A stretch of DNA of 64,000 nt from the NCBI RefSeq assembly GCF_009914755.1, contig NC_060948.1, one strand, 5' to 3'. The notes below the pieces were generated by a model. It did not search any database and had not been told where the DNA came from. It worked only from the letters and a program-made list of their open reading frames with translations. Positions within the stretch are counted from its first letter, which is position 1. Each line of letters opens with the position of its first letter. This document shows positions 39,198 to 60,936 of this stretch, piece after piece. This stretch comes from the human T2T-CHM13v2.0 reference genome, Homo sapiens. The position numbers and the translations under genes are program-made.

Positions 39198-41303
39198 AAG
39201 ATCCATATTTTTTAAATGAAAAAAAATTTCAAAGGTACTCTGCTTGGTACAATAATCAAATGTATGAACTGAGGAATAAAACATAACCATGAAACCTACT
39301 TATAACTGCATATGGAAAATACAGAGGATAATTTTTTAAATAACATATTTTGAAAGCCTTAACTAGTAATTTGAAGAGCTGGCATTTGAAAGGCCAGTAT
39401 GAATATACCTTCAAAGCAGCAACACAGGTTCCCCATGAGAAAAAGCAAACACAGGGAAAATAAAAACACAAAGGTTCAATCTCTTCTGACCTTTGAAAGA
39501 CACAGCACAGACAGTGGTCCTTAGGACGAAGAGCAGGAGACCCCTAATTCCGTCACCATGGCGATAGGGCATAAACATTGCTGGGTGAGGGCACAATCCA
39601 CATTGTGAGGTCCAACTGCTGCCAGGAAGACAGGAGTGCTTTTACATAGACCGAAAGGTCATTGAAGGCTCAGAGTTTTGTTTCAAGAACTGAATCCCAA
39701 GCCCACACGTTATTAGGCTGCGCTTCTTAAAACAAGTTATGAGATGGGAAAAAGGGCACCCACAAACATACGTATACATTATGTATATAATAATATACAG
39801 TATCATATATATAATATATATAACCTATGTATAATATTGTTTTACATCCTGCATCTTATGTTATATATATTGTATAAAATATAATAATTGATAATATATA
39901 AGTTTTATAATTATACAATATGACATATAGTATATATTATAATTTATGACATATATAATATATGTTATATGTCATATATAGAATATATTATACGGTTAAT
40001 ATACGTATTAAATATAAATTATACATTCTATATATTGTATATAATATATCTGTTATATATAATAGCCATTATGCATAATATATATATTCTGTCTATGTTA
40101 TATATAGTATAAAACAACATATAATAATATATAATTGTATATATAAAACGCGACATATAATATATATTATATTTTATAACATATGAAATATATATTATAT
40201 ATTATATATAATACGTTGTATGTATAATACCTATATTAAATATATATTATATGACTATGTTATTAATTACATGTCACATGTGTTATATATTATATATTTT
40301 ACATAGAATATACCGGTTACATACAATATATACTATGTTACCTATAATGTATAATTTATTACATGTAAAATAAAGAATGCAATATATTATGTATAATTTA
40401 TAATATACCATATGTGGAATGTGATATATATAACATATAATATATGATATATGATATACAGTATATGATATATAACATACAATATATGATTCCTAATATA
40501 TATGGTATACAATATATATTTTATGATATGTATTCTCTATGTTTTATATTCTGTTATATATAACTATTTGAAATTATATATAACTGTATAATATTTTATG
40601 TAAATATGTAATATAATATATATAACTATATAATATATTATATATAACTATATATTATGTTATATATACTTTTATAACATAATTTACATAAAATATCATA
40701 ATATAATATATATTATATTATTTCATATTAGATAATATATATTACATATCACCCAATATAACAAACATACATAATATTATAATATAGATTATATTGTGTT
40801 ATATTAAATATCATATATATCATGTATCATATATTCTATAATATATATTAAACATTATATAATATGTACGTTGTCTATTATGTGATATATATAACTATAT
40901 ATATAATTATATTTTTATACATATAACTGGATAAACATGTAATTCTACATATTTTCATTTATAATATGTAGAATTATTTAATCATATATAATTTTTTATA
41001 TTCTATAAAAAATTTTATCATTTTATAAATTATAATATATAAAAATTATAATATGTACTACAAATATATATATTATATATCATATATGATATAGTACCTT
41101 TGTTATATATCATAATACATATAAATGTGTATTATGTTATCTATAATTATATAATTTCATATATAAGATGTATAATATGTATCATATATTATATATGTTA
41201 TGTAATATATATAGTATATATAAGATGACACAGGATAAATATTATATACTATGACATATAAAATATATGAGGTTATATGTTACATATAAGGCATAGCACA
41301 TAA

Positions 41304-41617
<314 letters not shown>

Positions 41618-43723
41618 AAGATCCATATTTTTTAAATGAAAAAAAATTTCAAAGGTACTCTGCTTGGTACAATAATCAAATGTATAAACTGAGGAATAAA
41701 ACATAACCATGAAACCTACTTATAACTGCATATGGAAAATACAGAGGATAATTTTTTAAATAACATATTTTGAAAGCCTTAACTAGTAATTTGAAGAGTT
41801 GGCATTTGAAAGGCCAGTATGAATATACCTTCAAAGCAGCAACACAGGTTCCCCATGAGAAAAAGCAAACACAGGGAAAATAAAAACACAAAGGTTCAAT
41901 CTCTTCTGACCTTTGAAAGACACAGCACAGACAGTGGTCCTTAGGACGAAGAGCAGGAGACCCCTAATTCCGTCACCATGGCGATAGGGCATAAACATTG
42001 CTGGGTGAGGGCACAATCCACATTGTGAGGTCCAACTGCTGCCAGGAAGACAGGAGTGCTTTTACATAGACCGAAAGGTCATTGAAGGCTCAGAGTTTTG
42101 TTTCAAGAACTGAATCCCAAGCCCACACGTTATTAGGCTGCGCTTCTTAAAACAAGTTATGAGATGGGAAAAAGGGCACCCACAAACATACGTATACATT
42201 ATGTATATAATAATATACAGTATCATGTATATAATATATATAACCTATGTATAATATTGTTTTACATCCTGCATCTTATGTTATATATATTGTATAAAAT
42301 ATAATAATTGATAATATATAAGTTTTATAATTATACAATATGACATATAGTATATATTATAATTTATGACATATATAATATATGTTATATGTCATATATA
42401 GAATATATTATACGGTTAATATACGTATTAAATATAAATTATACATTCTATATATTATATATAATATATCTGTTATATATAATACCCATTATGCATAATA
42501 TATATATTATGTCTATGTTATATATAGTATAAAACAACATATAATAATATATAATTGTCTATGTAAAATGCGACATATAATATATATTATATTTTATAAC
42601 ATATGAAATATATATTATATATTATATATAATACGTTGTATGTATAACACCTATATTAAATATATATTATATGACTATGTTATTAATTACATGTCACATG
42701 TGTTATATATTATATATTTTACATAGAATATACCGGTTACATACAATATATACTATGTTACCTATAATGTATTATTTATTACATGTAAAATAAAGAATGC
42801 AATATATTATGTATAATTTATAATATACCATATGTGGAATGTCATATATATAACATATAATATATGATATATGATATACAGTATATGATATATAACATAC
42901 AATATATGATTCCTAATACATATGGTATACAATATATATTTTATGATATGTATTCTATATGTTTTATATTCTGTTATATATAACTATTTGAAATTATATA
43001 TAACTGTATAATATTTTATGTAAATATGTAATATAATATATATAACTATATAATATATTATATATAACTATATATTATGTTATATATACTTTTATAACAT
43101 AATTTACATAAAATATCATAATATAATATATATTATATTATTTCATATTACATAATATATATTACATATCACCCAATATAACTAACATACATAATATTAT
43201 AATATAGATTATATTATGTTATATTAAATATCATATATATCATGTATCATATATTCTATAATATATATTACACATTATATAATATGTATGTTGTCTATTA
43301 TGTGATATATATAACTCTATATATAATTATATTTTTATACATATAACTAGATAAACATGTAATTCTACATATTTTCATTTATAATATGTAGAATTATATA
43401 ATCATATATAATTATTTATATTCTATAAAAAATTTTATCATTATATAAATTATAATATATAAAAATTATAATATGTACTACAAATATATATATTATATAT
43501 CATATATGATATAGTACCTTTGTTATATATCATAATACATATAAATGTGTATTATGTTATCTATAATTATATAATTTCATATATAAGATGTATAATATGT
43601 ATCATATATTATATATGTTATGTAATATATGTAGTATATATAAGATGACACAGGATAAATATTATATACTATGACATATAAAATATATCAGGTTATATGT
43701 TACATATAAGGCATAGCACATAA

Positions 43724-44037
<314 letters not shown>

Positions 44038-46143
44038 AAGATCCATATTTTTTAAATGAAAAAAAATTTCAAAGGTACTCTGCTTGGTACAATAATCAAA
44101 TGTATAAACTGAGGAATAAAACATAACCATGAAACCTACTTATAACTGCATATGGAAAATACAGAGGATAATTTTTTAAATAACATATTTTGAAAGCCTT
44201 AACTAGTAATTTGAAGAGCTGGCATTTGAAAGGCCAGTATGAATATACCTTCAAAGCAGCAACACAGGTTCCCCATGAGAAAAAGCAAACACAGGGAAAA
44301 TAAAAACACAAAGGTTCAATCTCTTCTGACCTTTGAAAGACACAGCACAGACAGTGGTCCTTAGGACGAAGAGCAGGAGACCCCTAATTCCGTCACCATG
44401 GCGATAGGGCATAAACATTGCTGGGTGAGGGCACAATCCACATTGTGAGGTCCAACTGCTGCCAGGAAGACAGGAGTGCTTTTACATAGACCGAAAGGTC
44501 ATTGAAGGCTCAGAGTTTTGTTTCAAGAACTGAATCCCAAGCCCACACGTTATTAGGCTGCGCTTCTTAAAACAAGTTATGAGATGGGAAAAAGGGCACC
44601 CACAAACATACGTATACATTATGTATATAATAATATACAGTATCATATATATAATATATATAACCTATGTATAATATTGTTTTACATCCTGCATCTTATG
44701 TTATATATATTGTATAAAATATAATAATTGATAATATATAAGTTTTATAATTATACAACATGACATATAGTATATATTATAATTTATGACATATATAATA
44801 TATGTTATATGTCATATATAGAATATATTATACGGTTAATATACGTATTAAATATAAATTATACATTCTATATATTGTATATAATATATCTGTTATATAT
44901 AATAGCCATTATGCATAATATATATATTCTGTCTATGTTATATATAGTATAAAACAACATATAATAATATATAATTGTATATATAAAATGCGACATATAA
45001 TATATATTATATTTTATAACATATGAAATATATATTATATATTATATATAATACGTTGTATGTATAATACCTATATTAAATATATATTATATGACTATGT
45101 TATTAATTACATGTCACATGTGTTATATATTATATATTTTACATAGAATATACCGGTTACATACAATATATACTATGTTACCTATAATGTATAATTTATT
45201 ACATGTAAAATAAAGAATGCAATATATTATGTATAATTTATAATATACCATATGTGGAATGTGATATATATAACATATAATATATGATATATGATATACA
45301 GTATATGATATATAACATACAATATATGATTCCTAATATATATGGTATACAATATATATTTTATGATATGTATTCTCTATGTTTTATATTCTGTTATATA
45401 TAACTATTTGAAATTATATATAACTGTATAATATTTTATGTAAATATGTAATATAATATATATAACTATATAATATATTATATATAACTATATATTATGT
45501 TATATATACTTTTATAACATAATTTACATAAAATATCATAATATAATATATATTATATTATTTCATATTACATAATATATATTACATATCACCCAATATA
45601 ACAAACATACATAATATTATAATATAGATTATATTGTGTTATATTAAATATCATATATATCATGTATCATATATTCTATAATATATATTAAACATTATAT
45701 AATATGTACGTTGTCTATTATGTGATATATATAACTATATATATAATTATATTTTTATACATATAACTGGATAAACATGTAATTCTACATATTTTCATTT
45801 ATAATATGTAGAATTATTTAATCATATATAATTTTTTATATTCTATAAAAAATTTTATCATTTTATAAATTATAATATATAAAAATTATAATATGTACTA
45901 CAAATATATATATTATATATCATATATGATATAGTACCTTTGTTATATATCATAATACATATAAATGTGTATTATGTTATCTATAATTATATAATTTCAT
46001 ATATAAGATGTATAATATGTATCATATATTATATATGTTATGTAATATATATAGTATATATAAGATGACACAGGATAAATATTATATACTATGACATATA
46101 AAATATATGAGGTTATATGTTACATATAAGGCATAGCACATAA

Positions 46144-46457
<314 letters not shown>

Positions 46458-48563
46458 AAGATCCATATTTTTTAAATGAAAAAAAATTTCAAAGGTACTC
46501 TGCTTGGTACAATAATCAAATGTATAAACTGAGGAATAAAACATAACCATGAAACCTACTTATAACTGCATATGGAAAATACAGAGGATAATTTTTTAAA
46601 TAACATATTTTGAAAGCCTTAACTAGTAATTTGAAGAGTTGGCATTTGAAAGGCCAGTATGAATATACCTTCAAAGCAGCAACACAGGTTCCCCATGAGA
46701 AAAAGCAAACACAGGGAAAATAAAAACACAAAGGTTCAATCTCTTCTGACCTTTGAAAGACACAGCACAGACAGTGGTCCTTAGGACGAAGAGCAGGAGA
46801 CCCCTAATTCCGTCACCATGGCGATAGGGCATAAACATTGCTGGGTGAGGGCACAATCCACATTGTGAGGTCCAACTGCTGCCAGGAAGACAGGAGTGCT
46901 TTTACATAGACCGAAAGGTCATTGAAGGCTCAGAGTTTTGTTTCAAGAACTGAATCCCAAGCCCACACGTTATTAGGCTGCGCTTCTTAAAACAAGTTAT
47001 GAGATGGGAAAAAGGGCACCCACAAACATACGTATACATTATGTATATAATAATATACAGTATCATATATATAATATATATAACCTATGTATAATATTGT
47101 TTTACATCCTGCATCTTATGTTATATATATTGTATAAAATATAATAATTGATAATATATAAGTTTTATAATTATACAATATGACATATAGTATATATTAT
47201 AATTTATGACATATATAATATATGTTATATATCATATATAGAATATATTATACGGTTAATATACGTATTAAATATAAATTATACATTATATACATTATAT
47301 ATAATATATCTGTTATATATAATACCCATTATGCATAATATATATATTATGTCTATGTTATATATAGTATAAAACAACATATAATAATATATAATTGTAT
47401 ATATAAAATGCGACATATAATATATATTATATTTTATAACGTATGTAATATATATTATATATTATATATAATACGTTGTATGTATAATACCTATATTAAA
47501 TATATATTATATGACTATGTTATTAATTACATGTCACATGTGTTATATATTATATATTTTACATAGAATATACCGGTTACATACAATATATACTATGTTA
47601 CCTATAATGTATAATTTATTACATGTAAAATAAAGAATGCAATATATTATGTATAATTTATAATATACCATATGTGGAATGTGATATATATAACATATAA
47701 TATATGATATATGATATACAGTATATGATGTATAACATACAGTATATGATTCCTAATATATATGGTATACAATATATATTTTATGATATGTATTCTCTAT
47801 GTTTTATATTCTGTTATATATAACTATTTGAAATTATATATAACTGTATAATATTTTATGTAAATATGTAATATAATATATATAACTATATAATATATTA
47901 TATATAACTATATATTATGTTATATATACTTTTATAACATAATTTACATAAAATATCATAATATAATATATATTATATTATTTCATATTACATAATATAT
48001 ATTACATATCACCCAATATAACAAACATACATAATATTATAATATAGATTATATTGTGTTATATTAAATATCATATATATCATGTATCATATATTCTATA
48101 ATATATATTAAACATTATATAATATGTACGTTGTCTATTATGTGATATATATAACTATATATATAATTATATTTTTATACATATAACTGGATAAACATGT
48201 AATTCTACATATTTTCATTTATAATATGTAGAATTATTTAATCATATATAATTTTTTATATTCTATAAAAAATTTTATCATTTTATAAATTATAATATAT
48301 AAAAATTATAATATGTACTACAAATATATATATTATATATCATATATGATATAGTACCTTTGTTATATATCATAATACATATAAATGTGTATTATGTTAT
48401 CTATAATTATATAATTTCATATATAAGATGTATAATATGTATCATATATTATATATGTTATGTAATATATATAGTATATATAAGATGACACAGGATAAAT
48501 ATTATATACTATGACATATAAAATATATGAGGTTATATGTTACATATAAGGCATAGCACATAA

Positions 48564-48877
<314 letters not shown>

Positions 48878-50999
48878 AAGATCCATATTTTTTAAATGAA
48901 AAAAAATTTCAAAGGTACTCTGCTTGGTACAATAATCAAATGTATAAACTGAGGAATAAAACATAACCATGAAACCTACTTATAACTGCATATGGAAAAT
49001 ACAGAGGATAATTTTTTAAATAACATATTTTGAAAGCCTTAACTAGTAATTTGAAGAGTTGGCATTTGAAAGGCCAGTATGAATATACCTTCAAAGCAGC
49101 AACACAGGTTCCCCATGAGAAAAAGCAAACACAGGGAAAATAAAAACACAAAGGTTCAATCTCTTCTGACCTTTGAAAGACACAGCACAGACAGTGGTCC
49201 TTAGGACGAAGAGCAGGAGACCCCTAATTCCGTCACCATGGCGATAGGGCATAAACATTGCTGGGTGAGGGCACAATCCACATTGTGAGGTCCAACTGCT
49301 GCCAGGAAGACAGGAGTGCTTTTACATAGACCGAAAGGTCATTGAAGGCTCAGAGTTTTGTTTCAAGAACTGAATCCCAAGCCCACACGTTATTAGGCTG
49401 CGCTTCTTAAAACAAGTTATGAGATGGGAAAAAGGGCACCCACAAACATACGTATACATTATGTATATAATAATATACAGGATCATATATATAATATATA
49501 TAACCTATGTATAATATTGTTTTACATCCTGCATCTTATGTTATATATATTGTATAAAATATAATAATTGATAATATATAAGTTTTATAATTATACAATA
49601 TGACATATAGTATATATTATAATTTATGACATATATAATATATGTTATATATCATATATAGAATATATTATACGGTTAATATACGTATTAAATATAAATT
49701 ATACATTATATATATTATATATAATATATCTGTTATATATAATACCCATTATGCATAATATATATATTATGTCTATGTTATATATAGTATAAAACAACAT
49801 ATAATAATATATAATTGTATATATAAAATGCGACATATAATATATATTATATTTTATAACATATGTAATATATATTATATATAATACGTTGTATGTATAA
49901 TACCTATATTAAATATATATTATATGACTATGTTATTAATTACATGTCACATGTGTTATATATTATATATTTTACATAGAATATACCGGTTACATACAAT
50001 ATATACTATGTTACCTATAATGTATAATTTATTACATGTAAAATAAAGAATGCAATATATTATGTATAATTTATAATATACAATATGTGGAATGTGATAT
50101 ATGTAACATATAATATATGATATATGATATACAGTATATGATATATAACATACAGTATATGATTCCTAATATATATGGTATACAATATATATTTTATGAT
50201 ATGTATTCTATATGTTTTATATTCTGTTATATATAACTATTTGAAATTATATATAACTGTATAATATTTTATGTAAATATGTAATATAATATATATAACT
50301 ATATAATATATTATATATAACTATATATTATGTTATATATACTTTTATAACATAATTTACATAAAATAGCATAATATAATATATATTATATTATTTCATA
50401 TTACATAATATATATTACATATCACCCAATATAACTAACATACATAATATTATAATATAGATTATATTATGTTATATTAAATATCTTATATATCATGTAT
50501 CATATATTCTATAATATATATTACACACTATATAATATGTATGTTGTCTATTATGTGATATATATAACTATATATATAATTATATTTTTATACATATAAC
50601 TAGATAAACATGTAATTCTACATATTTTCATTTATAATATGTAGAATTATATAATCATATATAATTATTTATATTCTATAAAAAATTTTATCATTCTATA
50701 AATTATAATATATAAAAATTATAATATGTACTACAAATATATATATTATATATCATATATGATATAGTACCTTTGTTATATATCATAATACATATAAATG
50801 TGTATTATGTTATCTATAATTATATAATTTCATATATAAGATGTATAATATGTATCATATATTATATATGTTATGTAATATATATAGTATATATAAGATG
50901 ACACAGGATAAATATTATATACTATGACATATAAAATATATGAGGTTATATGTTACATATAAGGCATAGCACATAACATGTAATATATATCATGTATAA

Positions 51000-51280
<281 letters not shown>

Positions 51281-53386
51281 AAGATCCATATTTTTTAAAT
51301 GAAAAAAAATTTCAAAGGTACTCTGCTTGGTACAATAATCAAATGTATAAACTGAGGAATAAAACATAACCATGAAACCTACTTATAACTGCATATGGAA
51401 AATACAGAGGATAATTTTTTAAATAACATATTTTGAAAGCCTTAACTAGTAATTTGAAGAGTTGGCATTTGAAAGGCCTGTATGAATATACCTTCAAAGC
51501 AGCAACACAGGTTCCCCATGAGAAAAAGCAAACACAGGGAAAATAAAAACACAAAGGTTCAATCTCTTCTGACCTTTGAAAGACACAGCACAGACAGTGG
51601 TCCTTAGGACGAAGAGCAGGAGACCCCTAATTCCGTCACTATGGCGATAGGGCATAAACATTGCTGGGTGAGGGCACAATCCACATTGTGAGGTCCAACT
51701 GCTGCCAGGAAGACAGGAGTGCTTTTACATAGACCGAAAGGTCATTGAAGGCTCAGAGTTTTGTTTCAAGAACTGAATCCCAAGCCCACACGTTATTAGG
51801 CTGCGCTTCTTAAAACAAGTTATGAGATGGGAAAAAGGGCACCCACAAACATACGTATACATTATGTATATAATAATATACAGTATCATATATATAATAT
51901 ATATAACCTATGTATAATATTGTTTTACATCCTGCATCTTATGTTATATATATTGTATAAAATATAATAATTGATAATATATAAGTTTTATAATTATACA
52001 ATATGACATATAGTATATATTATAATTTATGACATATATAATATATGTTATATATCATATATAGAATATATTATACGGTTAATATACGTATTAAATATAA
52101 ATTATACATTATATACATTATATATAATATATCTGTTATATATAATACCCATTATGCATAATATATATATTATGTCTATGTTATATATAGTATAAAACAA
52201 CATATAATAATATATAATTGTATATATAAAATGCGACATATAATATATATTATATTTTATAACGTATGTAATATATATTATATATTATATATAATACGTT
52301 GTATGTATAATACCTATATTAAATATATATTATATGACTATGTTATTAATTACATGTCACATGTGTTATATATTATATATTTTACATAGAATATACCGGT
52401 TACATACAATATATACTATGTTACCTATAATGTATAATTTATTACATGTAAAATAAAGAATGCAATATATTATGTATAATTTATAATATACCATATGTGG
52501 AATGTGATATATATAACATATAATATATGATATATGATATACAGTATATGATGTATAACATACAGTATATGATTCCTAATATATATGGTATACAATATAT
52601 ATTTTATGATATGTATTCTCTATGTTTTATATTCTGTTATATATAACTATTTGAAATTATATATAACTGTATAATATTTTATGTAAATATGTAATATAAT
52701 ATATATAACTATATAATATATTATATATAACTATATATTATGTTATATATACTTTTATAACATAATTTACATAAAATATCATAATATAATATATATTATA
52801 TTATTTCATATTACATAATATATATTACATATCACCCAATATAACAAACATACATAATATTATAATATAGATTATATTGTGTTATATTAAATATCATATA
52901 TATCATGTATCATATATTCTATAATATATATTAAACATTATATAATATGTACGTTGTCTATTATGTGATATATATAACTATATATATAATTATATTTTTA
53001 TACATATAACTGGATAAACATGTAATTCTACATATTTTCATTTATAATATGTAGAATTATTTAATCATATATAATTTTTTATATTCTATAAAAAATTTTA
53101 TCATTTTATAAATTATAATATATAAAAATTATAATATGTACTACAAATATATATATTATATATCATATATGATATAGTACCTTTGTTATATATCATAATA
53201 CATATAAATGTGTATTATGTTATCTATAATTATATAATTTCATATATAAGATGTATAATATGTATCATATATTATATATGTTATGTAATATATATAGTAT
53301 ATATAAGATGACACAGGATAAATATTATATACTATGACATATAAAATATATGAGGTTATATGTTACATATAAGGCATAGCACATAA

Positions 53387-53700
<314 letters not shown>

Positions 53701-55822
53701 AAGATCCATATTTTTTAAATGAAAAAAAATTTCAAAGGTACTCTGCTTGGTACAATAATCAAATGTATAAACTGAGGAATAAAACATAACCATGAAACCT
53801 ACTTATAACTGCATATGGAAAATACAGAGGATAATTTTTTAAATAACATATTTTGAAAGCCTTAACTAGTAATTTGAAGAGTTGGCATTTGAAAGGCCAG
53901 TATGAATATACCTTCAAAGCAGCAACACAGGTTCCCCATGAGAAAAAGCAAACACAGGGAAAATAAAAACACAAAGGTTCAATCTCTTCTGACCTTTGAA
54001 AGACACAGCACAGACAGTGGTCCTTAGGACGAAGAGCAGGAGACCCCTAATTCCGTCACCATGGCGATAGGGCATAAACATTGCTGGGTGAGGGCACAAT
54101 CCACATTGTGAGGTCCAACTGCTGCCAGGAAGACAGGAGTGCTTTTACATAGACCGAAAGGTCATTGAAGGCTCAGAGTTTTGTTTCAAGAACTGAATCC
54201 CAAGCCCACACGTTATTAGGCTGCGCTTCTTAAAACAAGTTATGAGATGGGAAAAAGGGCACCCACAAACATACGTATACATTATGTATATAATAATATA
54301 CAGGATCATATATATAATATATATAACCTATGTATAATATTGTTTTACATCCTGCATCTTATGTTATATATATTGTATAAAATATAATAATTGATAATAT
54401 ATAAGTTTTATAATTATACAATATGACATATAGTATATATTATAATTTATGACATATATAATATATGTTATATATCATATATAGAATATATTATACGGTT
54501 AATATACGTATTAAATATAAATTATACATTATATATATTATATATAATATATCTGTTATATATAATACCCATTATGCATAATATATATATTATGTCTATG
54601 TTATATATAGTATAAAACAACATATAATAATATATAATTGTATATATAAAATGCGACATATAATATATATTATATTTTATAACATATGTAATATATATTA
54701 TATATAATACGTTGTATGTATAATACCTATATTAAATATATATTATATGACTATGTTATTAATTACATGTCACATGTGTTATATATTATATATTTTACAT
54801 AGAATATACCGGTTACATACAATATATACTATGTTACCTATAATGTATAATTTATTACATGTAAAATAAAGAATGCAATATATTATGTATAATTTATAAT
54901 ATACAATATGTGGAATGTGATATATGTAACATATAATATATGATATATGATATACAGTATATGATATATAACATACAGTATATGATTCCTAATATATATG
55001 GTATACAATATATATTTTATGATATGTATTCTATATGTTTTATATTCTGTTATATATAACTATTTGAAATTATATATAACTGTATAATATTTTATGTAAA
55101 TATGTAATATAATATATATAACTATATAATATATTATATATAACTATATATTATGTTATATATACTTTTATAACATAATTTACATAAAATAGCATAATAT
55201 AATATATATTATATTATTTCATATTACATAATATATATTACATATCACCCAATATAACTAACATACATAATATTATAATATAGATTATATTATGTTATAT
55301 TAAATATCTTATATATCATGTATCATATATTCTATAATATATATTACACACTATATAATATGTATGTTGTCTATTATGTGATATATATAACTATATATAT
55401 AATTATATTTTTATACATATAACTAGATAAACATGTAATTCTACATATTTTCATTTATAATATGTAGAATTATATAATCATATATAATTATTTATATTCT
55501 ATAAAAAATTTTATCATTCTATAAATTATAATATATAAAAATTATAATATGTACTACAAATATATATATTATATATCATATATGATATAGTACCTTTGTT
55601 ATATATCATAATACATATAAATGTGTATTATGTTATCTATAATTATATAATTTCATATATAAGATGTATAATATGTATCATATATTATATATGTTATGTA
55701 ATATATATAGTATATATAAGATGACACAGGATAAATATTATATACTATGACATATAAAATATATGAGGTTATATGTTACATATAAGGCATAGCACATAAC
55801 ATGTAATATATATCATGTATAA

Positions 55823-56103
<281 letters not shown>

Positions 56104-58209
56104 AAGATCCATATTTTTTAAATGAAAAAAAATTTCAAAGGTACTCTGCTTGGTACAATAATCAAATGTATAAACTGAGGAATAAAACATAACCATGAAA
56201 CCTACTTATAACTGCATATGGAAAATACAGAGGATAATTTTTTAAATAACATATTTTGAAAGCCTTAACTAGTAATTTGAAGAGTTGGCATTTGAAAGGC
56301 CTGTATGAATATACCTTCAAAGCAGCAACACAGGTTCCCCATGAGAAAAAGCAAACACAGGGAAAATAAAAACACAAAGGTTCAATCTCTTCTGACCTTT
56401 GAAAGACACAGCACAGACAGTGGTCCTTAGGACGAAGAGCAGGAGACCCCTAATTCCGTCACTATGGCGATAGGGCATAAACATTGCTGGGTGAGGGCAC
56501 AATCCACATTGTGAGGTCCAACTGCTGCCAGGAAGACAGGAGTGCTTTTACATAGACCGAAAGGTCATTGAAGGCTCAGAGTTTTGTTTCAAGAACTGAA
56601 TCCCAAGCCCACACGTTATTAGGCTGCGCTTCTTAAAACAAGTTATGAGATGGGAAAAAGGGCACCCACAAACATACGTATACATTATGTATATAATAAT
56701 ATACAGTATCATATATATAATATATATAACCTATGTATAATATTGTTTTACATCCTGCATCTTATGTTATATATATTGTATAAAATATAATAATTGATTA
56801 TATATAAGTTTTATAATTATACAATATGACATATAGTATATATTATAATTTATGACATATATAATATATGTTATATATCATATATAGAATATATTATACG
56901 GTTAATATACGTATTAAATATAAATTATACATTATATACATTATATATAATATATCTGTTATATATAATACCCATTATGCATAATATATATATTATGTCT
57001 ATGTTATATATAGTATAAAACAACATATAATAATATATAATTGTATATATAAAATGCGACATATAATATATATTATATTTTATAACGTATGTAATATATA
57101 TTATATATTATATATAATACGTTGTATGTATAATACCTATATTAAATATATATTATATGACTATGTTATTAATTACATATCACATGTGTTATATATTATA
57201 TATTTTACATAGAATATACCGGTTACATACAATATATACTATGTTACCTATAATGTATAATTTATTACATGTAAAATAAAGAATGCAATATATTATGTAT
57301 AATTTATAATATACCATATGTGGAATGTGATATATATAACATATAATATATGAGATATGATATACAGTATATGATGTATAACATACAGTATATGATTCCT
57401 AATATATATGGTATACAATATATATTTTATGATATGTATTCTCTATGTTTTATATTCTGTTATATATAACTATTTGAAATTATATATAACTGTATAATAT
57501 TTTATGTAAATATGTAATATAATATATATAACTATATAATATATTATATATAACTATATATTATGTTATATATACTTTTATAACATAATTTACATAAAAT
57601 ATCATAATATAATATATATTATATTATTTCATATTACATAATATATATTACATATCACCCAATATAACAAACATACATAATATTATAATATAGATTATAT
57701 TGTGTTATATTAAATATCATATATATCATGTATCATATATTCTATAATATATATTAAACATTATATAATATGTACGTTGTCTATTATGTGATATATATAA
57801 CTATATATATAATTATATTTTTATACATATAACTGGATAAACATGTAATTCTACATATTTTCATTTATAATATGTAGAATTATTTAATCATATATAATTT
57901 TTTATATTCTATAAAAAATTTTATCATTTTATAAATTATAATATATAAAAATTATAATATGTACTACAAATATATATATTATATATCATATATGATATAG
58001 TACCTTTGTTATATATCATAATACATATAAATGTGTATTATGTTATCTATAATTATATAATTTCATATATAAGATGTATAATATGTATCATATATTATAT
58101 ATGTTATGTAATATATATAGTATATATAAGATGACACAGGATAAATATTATATACTATGACATATAAAATATATGAGGTTATATGTTACATATAAGGCAT
58201 AGCACATAA

Positions 58210-58523
<314 letters not shown>

Positions 58524-60622
58524 AAGATCCATATTTTTTAAATGAAAAAAAATTTCAAAGGTACTCTGCTTGGTACAATAATCAAATGTATAAACTGAGG
58601 AATAAAACATAACCATGAAACCTACTTATAACTGCATATGGAAAATACAGAGGATAATTTTTTAAATAACATATTTTGAAAGCCTTAACTAGTAATTTGA
58701 AGAGTTGGCATTTGAAAGGCCAGTATGAATATACCTTCAAAGCAGCAACACAGGTTCCCCATGAGAAAAAGCAAACACAGGGAAAATAAAAACACAAAGG
58801 TTCAATCTCTTCTGACCTTTGAAAGACACAGCACAGACAGTGGTCCTTAGGACGAAGAGCAGGAGACCCCTAATTCCGTCACCATGGCGATAGGGCATAA
58901 ACATTGCTGGGTGAGGGCACAATCCACATTGTGAGGTCCAACTGCTGCCAGGAAGACAGGAGTGCTTTTACATAGACCGAAAGGTCATTGAAGGCTCAGA
59001 GTTTTGTTTCAAGAACTGAATCCCAAGCCCACACGTTATTAGGCTGCGCTTCTTAAAACAAGTTATGAGATGGGAAAAAGGGCACCCACAAACATACGTA
59101 TACATTATGTATATAATAATATACAGGATCATATATATAATATATATAACCTATGTATAATATTGTTTTACATCCTGCATCTTATGTTATATATATTGTA
59201 TAAAATATAATAATTGATAATATATAAGTTTTATAATTATACAATATGACATATAGTATATATTATAATTTATGACATATATAATATATGTTATATATCA
59301 TATATAGAATATATTATACGGTTAATATACGTATTAAATATAAATTATACATTATATATATTATATATAATATATCTGTTATATATAATACCCATTATGC
59401 ATAATATATATATTATGTCTATGTTATATATAGTATAAAACAACATATAATAATATATAATTGTATATATAAAATGCGACATATAATATATATTATATTT
59501 TATAACATATGTAATATATATTATATATAATACGTTGTATGTATAATACCTATATTAAATATATATTATATGACTATGTTATTAATTACATGTCACATGT
59601 GTTATATATTATATATTTTACATAGAATATACCGGTTACATACAATATATACTATGTTACCTATAATGTATAATTTATTACATGTAAAATAAAGAATGCA
59701 ATATATTATGTATAATTTATAATATACAATATGTGGAATGTGATATATGTAACATATAATATATGATATATGATATACAGTATATGATATATAACATACA
59801 GTATATGATTCCTAATATATATGGTATACAATATATATTTTATGATATGTATTCTATATGTTTTATATTCTGTTATATATAACTATTTGAAATTATATAT
59901 AACTGTATAATATTTTATGTAAATATGTAATATAATATATATAACTATATAATATATTATATATAACTATATATTATGTTATATATACTTTTATAACATA
60001 ATTTACATAAAATATCATAATATAATATATATTATATTATTTCATATTACATAATATATATTACATATCACCCAATATAACTAACATACATAATATTATA
60101 ATATAGATTATATTATGTTATATTAAATATCTTATATATCATGTATCATATATTCTATAATATATATTACACACTATATAATATGTATGTTGTCTATTAT
60201 GTGATATATATAACTATATATATAATTATATTTTTATACATATAACTAGATAAACATGTAATTCTACATATTTTCATTTATAATATGTAGAATTATATAA
60301 TCATATATAATTATTTATATTCTATAAAAAATTTTATCATTCTATAAATTATAATATATAAAAATTATAATATGTACTACAAATATATATATTATATATC
60401 ATATATGATATAGTACCTTTGTTATATATCATAATACATATAAATGTGTATTATGTTATCTATAATTATATAATTTCATATATAAGATGTATAATATGTA
60501 TCATATATTATATATGTTATGTAATATATATAGTATATATAAGATGACACAGGATAAATATTATATACTATGACATATAAAATATATGAGGTTATATGTT
60601 ACATATAAGGCATAGCACATAA

Positions 60623-60936
<314 letters not shown>
